Of a stretch of DNA of 18,190 bases, positions 1-10,199 are shown in pieces; positions within the stretch are counted from its first letter, which is position 1; each line of letters opens with the position of its first letter. The notes beneath the pieces were generated by a model. It did no database searches and was not told the origin of the DNA. It worked only from the letters and a program-made list of their open reading frames with translations. The stretch lies in assembly GCA_010909165.1 (NCBI GenBank), contig VJWM01000402.1:1-18190 (forward strand). The letters run 5' to 3'. Source of the DNA: Anthoceros angustus (taxonomy: Eukaryota > Plantae > Anthocerotophyta). Both the position numbers and the translations under genes were made by a program.

Positions 1-319
1 TCCTCCGACCCACGGGCAGAAGTCCGGGTAGCGCTTGGTGACGATGTTGCGCTCCACCAAGCGCCATGGCTCCACACCTCTGCAGCTTTCTTGGGTCCCA
101 TCCCCACACTCTTCTTACTGCTGAGGCGTGAGGTCTCCACAATCTCTCGCCTCCTCGGCTAGCGTGATGGGTGTTCCCTCGCCAAGTCGAACCGCGCTGG
201 AGGGTGCGTGAGCGATCGAAAGACACGCAAGAGAGCCGGGTGTGAAAGCGAGAGGAATCAGAATCGCTTAAAGTTGTTTGAAGAATGACCTCCGCCTCGC
301 TTTCTCCGAGTCGTGAGTG

Positions 320-690
320 CACGCCACAAGGGGCGGCTCCTGTAGCCGCTGGGGCCTGCATGGCTTACCGCTTTACGCCGCAGGCGTACCCGGGCGTGAA
401 TCTCGCTTCTCTGCAACCCTTTGGCCCCTAGGTTCCACGATGCAACTGCTGCCCAGTCTACCACTACCGCCACGGGCGCACTGCCTAAAATCACGCCCAC
501 TTTCTAGGTTACTTAGCCCTGCCCGACCGGGTTACCCGGATGGGGTCCTGACTATCCTGATCTCTTATTGGTCCAAGGTCCGAGTGGGCTCAGGGTCCTT
601 TCACCTACCCCGAGTCCGAGTGCGGCCCGAGTATCGTCCGGCTTGTTTCTCCTTCGCCTTATTTACACTCCATACCTACAAAAAAAAAAA
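320..690 (+). mobile_element. Probable 3' end of a poly(A)-tailed retroelement
   Basis: The segment ends in CTTATTTACACTCCATACCTAC followed by an A-run (680-690). Its terminal sequence resembles the A-tailed end at 12028-12200 on the minus strand. The 5' boundary is approximate. Confidence 0.3.
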
Positions 691-1599
691 CCCAAACCAT
701 TTTATTTCCTAACCCCAAGGAGTCCGATGTCCACAGGTACTTTCTGCGGTTGTGCCTCACCATCCAAATTCGAACAACTTCAGCATTCTTGGCTGGTCAC
801 GCGATTCTGCCACCTTCCCAGTGATCCCTGCACCGAGATCGGTTGTGGCTTTCTTGCTCGTCTCAACTGTCCTACTGGCTTCCAAGGCATACAGCTGTTC
901 TTCAAAGTCTAAGTCTTCCTTGGGTGCTTCTTCAGAGCGCACAATTATGCTTTGAGCCAGCTCCTTCTACAGCTATTGCACGTGGCTCATGAGCGCCTTC
1001 CTTGTAGGTCCGCCCTTTGTTTTCGACTTTTCTGCATCCTTAGTAGACTCCTTTGAACGAAGCTCTGGGTGAGCTTGCCAACCATGTTTTTGCTCAAGAA
1101 TGCCTGGCCTGGGGGATGCAAGCATGTTGTTGGTGGGAGGTACGCTTTATCTCACTAACATGGTTCGAGCTAGTCATGTATCGTAGAACCTTGATTCTAC
1201 TCAGTTTCACTCCTTAAGGGCCAAGAGCTAAGCACCTCGCCTCCCTTCCTAACAAGAGCGAGCCGCCTAGTGGACCCGGAGATGGAGGTCCCGGAGGATG
1301 ACGAAAAATGCCGGTTGCTTCTCGGCGGAGATGCCTGCAATCCCAAAGCCTTGATAAATGTAGAGAAAGGAGGGAAGTCCTTGAGGCATTTGCTTATAAC
1401 ATGTCTACCTGCCTCAAGGGCGATTGGAGAGAGAAGGTTCCTCCTCCACACTTGATACGAGATCCTCGAGAAAGGGCTTGTCATGGAGGATGAAGCAGGA
1501 AGCCAAGGCAGAGGGCCCAACTCCCCAAGAAAGGAAGAGACCTCCGATGAGCAGTCCTCGCCTCCAAATTGCATGAGTGGATGCTTGCAGTGAGACGCC

Positions 1600-2332
1600 C
1601 CAGTGGCACTCAAAAGCCCCGAGCCCGGGATGTCCCCAAGAGTATCCATAATCTTCGTATCAAACCCGGGCCGGGACAAAGGGCCGAGAGAGGAAGCGTC
1701 TGGATGAAGGTACCAGGCGCCTAGCAAACAAAAGGAAAGGATTCCAAGGCCACAGGCATCCTCCGGCAAGGAGGTCCCAATATGGGAGAGGTCCTGCAAG
1801 GGCCTTGTCGAAGCTCCCAATGAAGTCGGGAACCAAAGGGACCCCAAGAATCCATGAGACCAAGAGCCGGGCAATCTCCCTGCCGAGCTGAGTAGGCGGG
1901 ATCCCAGAGACCAAACGCGACACTTGGACATCTTAACCTTCAAGCCCACTGTGAAAGCTCAAGAGAATATCTCAAAGGCCTCCTTGACTTTGTCCCCGAG
2001 GATGTGAGAATCGTCGCAGCGAAGGGAAGACACGGTCATGGAGGAGGCGGCCCTAGGCAGGGCCCCTATAGTGAGCAATAGCGAAGAGACCGCCTAAGCA
2101 GGTCACTTGCAGTACCATGGATTCCAAGATGGAGGCGAAACACAGAAGAGACGTTCTTGTCTTTGGTAGTAGAGGTTGGAGGACCTCCGTGGAAGCACCC
2201 TGGACAAAGGGTATAAGACTCCTAGAAAGATCCCTAAGCTCCTCAAAGATGACGCTCCGGGAAATGGTATTGAAGGCGTTCTCGACATCCACCTGTAAGA
2301 CTACCCAATCCGGGTGGGTATCGAGGCAAGCT
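1600..2332 (-). mobile_element. Degenerate non-LTR retrotransposon reverse transcriptase (CRE-like) fragment, with multiple frameshifts
   Basis: RT motifs appear in order on the minus strand across shifting frames: LDTHPDWVVLQVDVENAFNTISR, a GT.Q.D.LGGLFAIAHYR segment (QGDPLG-like), FPS..DDSHILG (catalytic DD), VGLKVKMSKCRVWS, ILGVPL and GILSFC. The element is truncated at both ends. Confidence 0.8.
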
Positions 2333-2553
2333 TAAAATATCAAGGTATTAAAATATAGAGACATATTTTTTCTCCACTTTTTTGTGGAATCGGTTCCCTC
2401 CAAAGCTATCCTATGAGTTCATCTATCTCTCCTTATTGGATGGGCGTCTTCTTTATTGCTATAGTTGATGAAACCGTTCAATAAAAGATAATTATATTTT
2501 ATTACTTTTGCTGAATACTATTAATATTATCTCGTCTGTATCTAAATTCCAAA

Positions 2554-2705
2554 GATTTTTGTGCTTGAAAATTATGTGCATATAACTAGATATTATATTT
2601 ATTTGTATAGTATTTAGTTTTATACATTGGAATTTTATGCTTAAAAATTATGCACATGTAACTAGATATTATATTTATTTGTACAGTATTTAGTTTTATA
2701 AATTG
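2554..2705. repeat. AT-rich tandem duplication, 2 x 76 bp, upstream of CRY
   Basis: TAACTAGATATTATATTTATTTGTAYAGTATTTAGTTTTATA starts at both 2583 and 2659 (period 76), and the flanking bases are also similar. Confidence 0.9.
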
Positions 2706-3098
2706 ATTTTATTATGCCTAGTGACCTGCACCCAAAAAAAACTTAAAACTTAAATCCATGGGGAAGTGGTGCCTAGGTAGTAGGTAGCTAGGGATGTCAA
2801 CTGGTGGAATGGTTGTCTTGCTTAATCTTATGTCGTCCAGTGCGCTTCTTTTAATACGGTAATGCGAAACCAGCTATCATTGAGGTATGCACGTCTTGGC
2901 TTAATCTGGTGTGTAGTAAGCTTCACCGCTGACGAACATTTTACGCGCTGCCCCGTCTGTGAGTGCCAGCTTCTGGCCGCACTGCTGTCCACCTCTGGCG
3001 GCGTGGGCGGGCGTCTCTCTGTATGTAGTAATACCTGTTGGTGCCTGCAGCCCTCTCCGAGCACTGAGCCCGAAAACCCACTGCGTTGGAACGCAGTA

Positions 3099-6000
3099 AT
3101 GGCGTGCACTGTAGTTTGGTTTAGGAGAGATCTCCGGGTTGGAGACAATCCGGCGTTGATTGCAGCAGCCAGAGCTGGTATTGTCATTCCTGTTTTTGTC
3201 TGGTCTCCGGAAGAAGAAGGACAGTTCCATCCTGGCCGTGTCTCCAGGTGGTGGCTGAAGCAGAGTTTGATCCACTTGGACATGTCTCTGAGGAGCTTGG
3301 GCTCACCGTTGATCATGCGTAAGTCTCACGATACACTGGCAGTGTTAATAGACGTAATCCACGCAAGCGGCGCCTCCCAGGTGTTCTACAATCATCTGTA
3401 CGGTAAGTGCTGTTTCCACACAAACGTGTTCCTCCCCTGGACGAATGAGAGGCCTCTGTCTGTTTCTGCGTGCTTTAGGTTTACTTTCGTCGTGCTATCC
3501 CTGGTCAAGTTGCCATCCATATGAGGGTGTGTGCATCGTATATGGTCCGTCTGTATATGATGTTTGAGGAGGAAACACCCTATGGATTCCGACAGTTTGC
3601 TCTTTCCTCTCGCAGCATTTTTGTAGGTTCGTTCTATGGGGCCTGCAAATTGTTCTGCAAATTTTTCCTGTGTAAAATTATCAGCTAAACCTTGGTATGC
3701 AGATCCTGTTTCCCTTGTTAGGGACCATCGTGTCAAGCAAGGCCTTACGCAGCATGGCATATCAGTGCACACATTCAATGGCGATCTACTTTACGAGCCT
3801 TGGGAAGTTTATGACGAGGAAGGACAGGCATTTACCACGTATGACGCGTACTGGCAGAAGTGTCTGGCCATGCCATTCGAGCCCGAAGCTCCTCTTTTAC
3901 CGCCCAAGCGAATTAGGGGCCCCACCTGTATGCTCTAAGCTGTCCTCATCATTTCCTCTTTTGATGCTAGGATACCTTGAAGGATGCGTGTCTCGTCATG
4001 AAGCATCTGTTAATAAGTTTGTGTCCTCACTTCTCTGACCTTGGGGGGTGATTTTGTCTACTGAGTTTTTCTGCGTGTGAACTATAGCCATAGGTTTTGA
4101 AGTCTGCAACTATGGCAACTTCAGAGCTCAGAGCTAACGATTGCATGTCTTTGCTGCATATCCCTCCTCTGTTATCTGTGCTCCAGGGGATGTCTCGAGC
4201 TGCTCTGCTGAAGACTTGGGGCTGGAGGACGATTTTGAGAAGAGCAGTAATGCGCTTCTTGCTCGTGCATGGTCTCCTGGGTGGGCTAATGCTGACAAAG
4301 CGTTGGACGCCTTCCTCAGGGGCCCCCTTATGGAATATGCAGCCAACAGACAGAAAGCGGACAGCGCAACTACCTCACTACTGTCTCCCCACCTACACTT
4401 TGGGGAGGTGAGTGTACGAAAGCTGTTTCATGATGTGCATACTAAGCAGCTTATGTGGGCTGAAGACAGCATGTTGAGTGAACAGAGCGTGAGTTTTTTC
4501 TTAAGGGCAATAGGTTTTAGGGAGTATTCTAGGTATCTTAGTTTCAATTTTCCTTTCACCCATGAAAGGTCTCTCCTGGCCAATTTAAAATCTTTCCCTT
4601 GGCGGGTTGATGAGGGCTATTTCAAAGCCTGGAGGCAGGGTCGCACTGGTTATCCACTGGTAGATGCAGGTATGAGGGAGCTCTGGGCAACAGGTTGGCT
4701 TCACAACAGAATTCGGGTAGTTGTATCGAGCTTTTGCGTCAAGTTCCTCCAGCTTCCTTGGAGGTGGGGAATGAAGTATTTCTGGGACACGCTGCTGGAT
4801 GCAGACCTAGAGTGTGATGTTCTTGGCTGGCAATATATTTCAGGCAGTCTGCCAGATGGTCATGAACTTGATCGAATGGAGAACCCTCAGGTGGGCTTAT
4901 TGAATTCAGTTCTTGTTCTGTGTGTAGGTTCTCTTTGTTCCCGTTTCTGGGGGAGACTGATGTTTGTGATTAACTCTTCTTGCCATTTGGTAGACTGAAG
5001 GCTACAGGTTTGATCCTGAAGGCGAGTATGTCCGCCGCTGGTTACCCGAGCTTTCGAGGCTACCAACAGAGTGGATTCATCATCCGTGGGATGCACCCCC
5101 GAGCGTGCTACGTGCTGCTGGGGTGGAACTGGGTTCCAACTATCCCAGGCCAATCGTGGAAATCTCAGCAGCTCGAGAACGCCTTCAACAAGCGCTTGCA
5201 AAGATGTGGGAAAGAGAAGCTGCTCTAAAGGCAGCTCGGGCAAATGGGCCGGAGGAGGGTCTAGGAGAGACTTTTGAAGTTTTGGGGACTGGTGGTCCAG
5301 CTCATGAAAAGATGGATGTACATAGGGTCATTGTTAGAAATAAGGCTATTTCCTCAGGCAGTTCGCGGCGAGATCAAATGGTTCCAAGTATGCCCACAGA
5401 ATCCCAACAAAAGGCTGCTGCTTCTATTCTCAATAGAAATTTACCAGCTCCTGATGGAGGTGACCAGAGTAGCCATGCTCTTGTAGGGAGAGCTCTCTCT
5501 GTTGTGCCAGGTGAAGGCATTACACAACATGAAGTACAGGGAACAAGACTAGCAGTTCCTTCTGCACCACTAGCAGATAGTGATTTGGACTCAACAGCAG
5601 AGTCGTCATCTGCTGCAGGTGTTGGAGGGCAGTATCATGATAGTAGCAGGGCTGGAACAGTGCCTGTGTGGTCTCCGCCTCTCTCTGGACGCCCCTGTCT
5701 GGTTGAGGAGGGCATTGTACCAGTTGTACCAGATGCCCGACGTGGAGTTATGTCTAGGAGGCACATCCACCCTGTTCAAATGGTGAATCTGGAGGCGATG
5801 ACTGCTACGAAGGTGAGAGGTTGGTCCATTTCTTGAAAATATGGGTGAATGCAATGCAAGTCCTGGTCTCCTTTTTCCTATTGAAGTCGAGAGGAGCAAC
5901 CACGGTCTTGTAGAGAGGTGTGTGGTGGGCGTTTCTCCTTTTTCGGAGGTTCTACATATGGGGTTGTGGGTTTGTTGCTCTTGTGTTTGTGGCAGACGAG

Positions 6001-6293
6001 TTCACTTTCGGCTTAGACCTGTTGTTCACGGAGGAGACAGGATACTGCGGTGACTCAGCTGCAGCTCCATGGCAGTCCGACGTCTTTGTTGTTTTGGCTA
6101 TTCTGGGGGGAAATTGCTGGGGAACTGTGGGAGAGCCGGGAATTGAGAGAGAGAGGGAGGGGGTTGCTGTGGGTCGGTGCCGGGGTGTAACAATCATACT
6201 CTGCTTACAATGCCCTCTGTTCTTTGGCTGAGCTAGCAGGCAGAAGAAGAGGCAAGCCATTTGATGAAGCGCATTGGGATTAGGCCGTCATAA
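3099..6293 (+). CDS. CRY: Plant cryptochrome blue-light photoreceptor, 5 exons: 3099-3402, 3703-3927, 4187-4890, 4994-5812, 6237-6293 (~702 aa)
   Basis: The N-terminus reads MACTVVWFRRDLRVGDNPAL. PHR-domain motifs include GRVSRWWLKQSL, FNGDLLYEPWEV, TSLLSPHLHFGEVSVRK, WRQGRTGYPLVDAGMRELWATGWLHNR, LPWRWG and DVLGWQY (flavin-proximal Asp and Trp-triad residues). The C-terminal extension carries the DAS motif (DQMVP ... STAESS) and a VP motif (GTVPVWSP). GT-AG introns at 3403-3702, 3928-4186, 4891-4993 and 5813-6236 all preserve frame (phases 1,1,0,0). Exon 5 (QAEEEASHLMKRIGIRPS*) is less certain; without that splice the ORF stops at 5836. Confidence 0.95.
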
Positions 6294-6808
6294 CTCGAAG
6301 CACACAATGCTGGAGTGATGGTTGCGCTGAGGGCTTTATGCTACGTAGTTATTTCACTTGGCGTGGCAGGTTTTCTCCAGTGTTTTTATCCTCGAATAGT
6401 CTTGGATCATTTTAGAGAAATCTGTAGGACTTGCCTTTATCTGGTGGGGAAAGTTCTCTATTTGTTGTGATGCGTGTGGAGCAACTGTTCTGTAATTGCA
6501 CAGGTTCAGCATTCTTGGCTGTGAGACTAATCTGAATGGACCTGTAACGTAGAGGGTTTATTTCCTGAAATGTGAAGGTAAGAAGTCGTGGATGTTTTTG
6601 GGGCTCTGAGCTTGAGCATCCCCCATCTGGAAATGGAGACAGCTCACACCCCAGAACGTCCGGGGAGCTCAATGTAGCCTCCCTAGTCTCGACTTGGGCG
6701 CTCCGTGGGAGCGACAGGCCCATCCGGTCTATGACCGTGGAGTCCTGGTAATAATGGCCAAGTATGAGCCACATTCCGGGTGTCATGGGAAACGCCAACC
6801 CCAGATCG

Positions 6809-6889
6809 CTCCCGGGCTCGGGGCTCGGGGCTCGGGTCTCGTTGCAAACCGAACCCCTCCCGGACTTGGCGCTCGGGGCTCGGGGCTCG

Positions 6890-6930
<41 letters not shown>

Positions 6931-7031
6931 ATGGCAAACCGAACCCCTCCCGGACTTGGCGCTCGGGGTTCGGGTCTCATGGCAAACCGAACCCCTCCCG
7001 GACTTTGGCGCTCTGGGTTCGGGTTCATGGG
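6809..7031. repeat. Nested minisatellite: a 48-bp unit with internal 7-bp (GGGGCTC / GGTCTCC) expansions
   Basis: CAAACCGAACCCCTCCCGGACTT starts at 6845, 6935 and 6983. The spacings are 90 and 48 bp, and the 42-bp difference equals six heptamers. Confidence 0.92.
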
Positions 7032-7524
7032 AACCTACCCTAAACCCCGACGAATGTGATCACTTTTCACTCTTTAGCACAGTTGCAGTCATTCAGTTCA
7101 GTTTCAGTCAGTCTGGACCCACAGTTTGAGAAAGACGAGGGTCATAGACCCAAGAAACTAGGTTCTCACCGTGAAGACTTCTCCTTTTCGAATATAAAAG
7201 TACACGCTAACCGTATGATTCAAAATAGAACCTAGTACATTACCTAGATGCCACATCAGAAAGATATCGGATTAAGTTCTCAAACTTGAAACTTGTTCCC
7301 CTTGCTACTTCTAAAATGTGTGAATTATACAATAGAAGCAGGTAGATTCTGAGAGAAGTAGAACAATCCGTATGACCTTGTTAAGCCACGGAAATCTTTG
7401 GCAGGTCCACAATTCGATTCGTCCACGCCTAACTCATTCGGAAGGTAACTAGTAGGCATGTTGAGCCCTCACAACAACACTTACAATTTTTTAGCGTGTA
7501 CGAAAGTAAACAACATGAATTCAC

Positions 7525-9522
7525 CTACTGGCCTTCTGTTCCTGGACTAGAGTCTCCTGGAGCCTCCAAGACTTGGAATCGGGGTCTGTTTCTTCTCAAG
7601 AGAAAATATGTGAGCCAGTACCAAGCCAAGGCAATGCGACCCTCCTGTTGCAGTGCCTCTGCCACCGAACTTTTGCCAAACGATAGCCGCTCCAAAACTT
7701 GCTCACCATTCCTCAAATCAAAGGGTTTGGAGGATTCGAATGTGAGACCTTTGAATTCGTTACTGCATAATCCTTGAAATGCCCACCTGATGAGGGAAAT
7801 CTGTGGTATCCATCTGAATATTAAAGGTGTGTTTTCGGAATTGACGTAGTAGCCACCAAAGACGATGAAGACAGTCATGAGCGATGGCCCAACTGCCATG
7901 GCCGCCTCCGAAGTGGGCACGATGGCTCCCACTGCCAATCCCATCGCAGTTGCTGCAAATGCCTCCACTGTCACAAGACCCGCAAATTGGCCGAACCTCG
8001 ATAGAGATGGATTCAGCCGGGACATGGGGTAGAGAACAGCGCCGAAAGCCAAAGGAAAGGCCGCACTGATAGGTGCCTCGGCAACCAGTTTAGCCGCAAT
8101 GTAGGGTGCCAAAGCGTAGCTACCTTTGGCCCTTTCCCGCTGCACAATGATGCGCTCTCTGGGAAAGACATTCACCGTCTTAGTGAGTGCAGCCATTGCT
8201 GTGTTTATGGCTGCCACCTGAAGTAGCCCCATGCGATCTTGTATGGATGTCTGCGAGAGTCCTATCTTCCAGAAGATGGAACCGAAGATGATAGCCGAGC
8301 TAATGGCCATCCTACCCCTAATTTTGTTGGTTGCACTGTCTCTGGTCGTCTGGGCCCAAGCACGGCCAAGCAGCAACCTGAATTGTCGCCACCAACCAAC
8401 TCTCCTGCCAAGAGCACCCCGATTTCCACGAGAAGCAGAAGCCCTTCGAACATGTAATTCCGAATCCGCTCTATGCCCCATACCAAAGGCATCCACCAAG
8501 GTGGCCACGCACCTCCGTGTCACAGTCTCACTATCCGGGGAACTGTAATCAACAGAGATCAGGTCCGCAAAAAATTCTGCCGGGTTCACATGCTGCGGGC
8601 AATCGTAGCCCAGCTCCCGGAAGTGGCGCAGGGCTTCATCCTGTGCAGGTCCGGCATACACCAGAGACCCTTCCGCCAGCAACAGCAAGTCATGGAACTT
8701 GCCATAAATGGAGCCCCGAGGCTGATGGATGGAGCACACAACAGTGTGACCCTCCTCCGCCAGCTGCCGCAGCGTCTCCATAACCTTTTCAGCTTGGAAG
8801 GCATCCAATCCCGTCGTCGGCTCATCTGCAAAGATCACCGATGGACTTGCAATGAGTTCACAAGCTATGGACAGCCGCTTCTTCTCGCCGCCGCTGATCC
8901 CTCTGGCTCTCGCATCCCCGACTACGGTGTCCGCGCAGCTCATCAGTCCCAGCCGAGACAGCAGATCCTCCACATACCGCTTCTTAGCCTCCTCGTTCAC
9001 CCAGTCCGCCAACTGGAGGTCGGACGCGAACGTCAAGGTCTCCCTCACCGTGAGCTGCGAGAAGAAGAGATCCTCTTGCCTGACATACGCAACCTTAAGG
9101 CCCGAGTGAGCACCTGCTGCAGCCCCGCCATAAACCGACACCAGTCCACTCAGCCGCAGCTTGCTGGAGGCAACCAACTGGCCCGCCAGAACATTCAGCA
9201 AAGTTGTCTTGCCAGATCCCGAGGGCCCCATGATGGCCAGCAGCCTCCCAGCCTTGGCCTGTCCGTGCACATCCTTGAGCAGATGCTTCACCGGCTGCCC
9301 TTGCTTGTCCACCACGACGCAACTGACCCTCTCCCACTCCAGGGTCACAGGCCCCACAGACTGCTCCGCCGCTGCTGGCTGGCCTTCGGAGGCCTTGTTT
9401 GCAGCCTCCTGCTCTTCCACGCATGTCGTAGCCGGAGCCGGAGCCGGAGCCGGCGACAAGAGCCGCAGAGCAAACGCAGCGGCTCCTGCCGCTAGCAGCC
9501 CCAGGCCGTAGCCCCACGCCAT
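7525..9522 (-). CDS. ABCG7: Half-size ABC transporter, subfamily G (White/Brown complex), ABCG7/WBC7-like, single exon
   Basis: Uninterrupted ORF with Walker A (GPSGSGKTT), Q-loop (YVRQED), signature (ISGGEKKR), Walker B (IFADEPTTGLD), H-loop (SIHQP) and NPAEF, followed by the ABC2 membrane domain (ERIIVQRER, FGGYYVN, WAFQGL). The hydrophobic N-terminal segment and PVTLEW..LLKDVHGQAKAGRLLAIMG match my recollection of Arabidopsis ABCG7. The start is placed at the ATG at 9522; an alternative ATG sits at 9546. The stop is TAG at 7525-7527. Confidence 0.93.
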   Translation of the reverse strand: MAWGYGLGLLAAGAAAFALRLLSPAPAPAPATTCVEEQEAANKASEGQPAAAEQSVGPVTLEWERVSCVVVDKQGQPVKHLLKDVHGQAKAGRLLAIMGPSGSGKTTLLNVLAGQLVASSKLRLSGLVSVYGGAAAGAHSGLKVAYVRQEDLFFSQLTVRETLTFASDLQLADWVNEEAKKRYVEDLLSRLGLMSCADTVVGDARARGISGGEKKRLSIACELIASPSVIFADEPTTGLDAFQAEKVMETLRQLAEEGHTVVCSIHQPRGSIYGKFHDLLLLAEGSLVYAGPAQDEALRHFRELGYDCPQHVNPAEFFADLISVDYSSPDSETVTRRCVATLVDAFGMGHRADSELHVRRASASRGNRGALGRRVGWWRQFRLLLGRAWAQTTRDSATNKIRGRMAISSAIIFGSIFWKIGLSQTSIQDRMGLLQVAAINTAMAALTKTVNVFPRERIIVQRERAKGSYALAPYIAAKLVAEAPISAAFPLAFGAVLYPMSRLNPSLSRFGQFAGLVTVEAFAATAMGLAVGAIVPTSEAAMAVGPSLMTVFIVFGGYYVNSENTPLIFRWIPQISLIRWAFQGLCSNEFKGLTFESSKPFDLRNGEQVLERLSFGKSSVAEALQQEGRIALAWYWLTYFLLRRNRPRFQVLEAPGDSSPGTEGQ

Positions 9523-9590
9523 GGTGTTCCTGGAGCTTGAGGACATATAAGTCAAGCCAGCTGTGTCCCTACGCACGGGAATCTAGGTTT

Positions 9591-9688
9591 ACTGGATCAC
9601 ACTGCCATTGTGCACGAAACCTCTACCATACACTACCATTGTGCAGGCGCTGCAAACTGGATCACACTGCCATTGTGCACGAAACCTC
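9591..9688. repeat. 33-bp direct repeat (two exact copies with a degenerate middle copy) just upstream of ABCG7
   Basis: ACTGGATCACACTGCCATTGTGCACGAAACCTC occurs at 9591-9623 and 9656-9688. The spacer contains the related sequence ACACTACCATTGTGCA. Confidence 0.9.
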
Positions 9689-10199
9689 CTTTCTGTCTCA
9701 ATCCCGGGCTCCTTGAGTCCGTCGGCTGGAGGCGGGTGCAAGCGGCACCCAAGCACTGAAATGGATAGCAAGTAAGGGTCTTTGATGTTTCGAAACAAAA
9801 CTAATCCCCCTGGCATAAGTGTACCCTGGCACAACATAGGGACGGCGTGTAAGGGAGCGAGCGTCCAAACGGGCGCGGCAAGCTGTTGCCGTCCAACGGT
9901 AACGTGTGCGGGATGGTGTGGACATGCGCAGTGGGTGCGAGTGGGCATGGCCCCATGACATATGGGATGCCGAAGGCAAAACCATTTGCGCCGGCCTCGT
10001 GTTCTGTGCCTCATTACTTCGTGTGTACCAATAGCTCCTGCCGTGCCCTAATAACCTTCTCATGCCTCACACACATTTGTCATGCTATAAAATAACTTGT
10101 TTTAACCTAAATAACGCCTTCACCACGCAGCCAGTAAGGAAGCGGCAAGTAATTCACTCCACGTTGAGACTTACACAACTCTCAGCGCTCTCAATCTCA

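Noticed and set aside
31-64. 10-bp inverted repeat GCGCTTGGTG / CACCAAGCGC
   Set aside because: It is an isolated hairpin at the window edge with no supporting context.
757-1050. Weak peptide similarity (TTDLGA vs TTDIGA) to the minus strand near 17380-17420
   Set aside because: The match is too short to establish homology. The region is probably a decayed TE but cannot be assigned.
1615-1630. 16-bp reverse-complement match to the start of the 6810 satellite
   Set aside because: It is a single short GC-rich match with no extension, compatible with chance.
3099-6293. DNA photolyase, CRY-DASH or a fused photoreceptor (neochrome-like) as alternative identities
   Set aside because: The DAS and VP motifs and the conserved Asp identify a canonical plant cryptochrome. 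No phytochrome, LOV or kinase domain is visible.
6845-7010. Repeat-spacer pattern superficially like a CRISPR array
   Set aside because: The spacers are themselves repetitive and related to each other, there are only three units, no cas genes are present and the context is eukaryotic.
6694-7129. ORFs with repetitive peptides (GLGARGSG, PVSGLRS)
   Set aside because: They are translations of the minisatellite, which is open in several frames because it lacks stop codons.
8473-9495. 340-aa plus-strand ORF and other ORFs overlapping ABCG7
   Set aside because: These are antisense or alternate-frame shadows of a GC-rich coding sequence, with no recognisable motifs.
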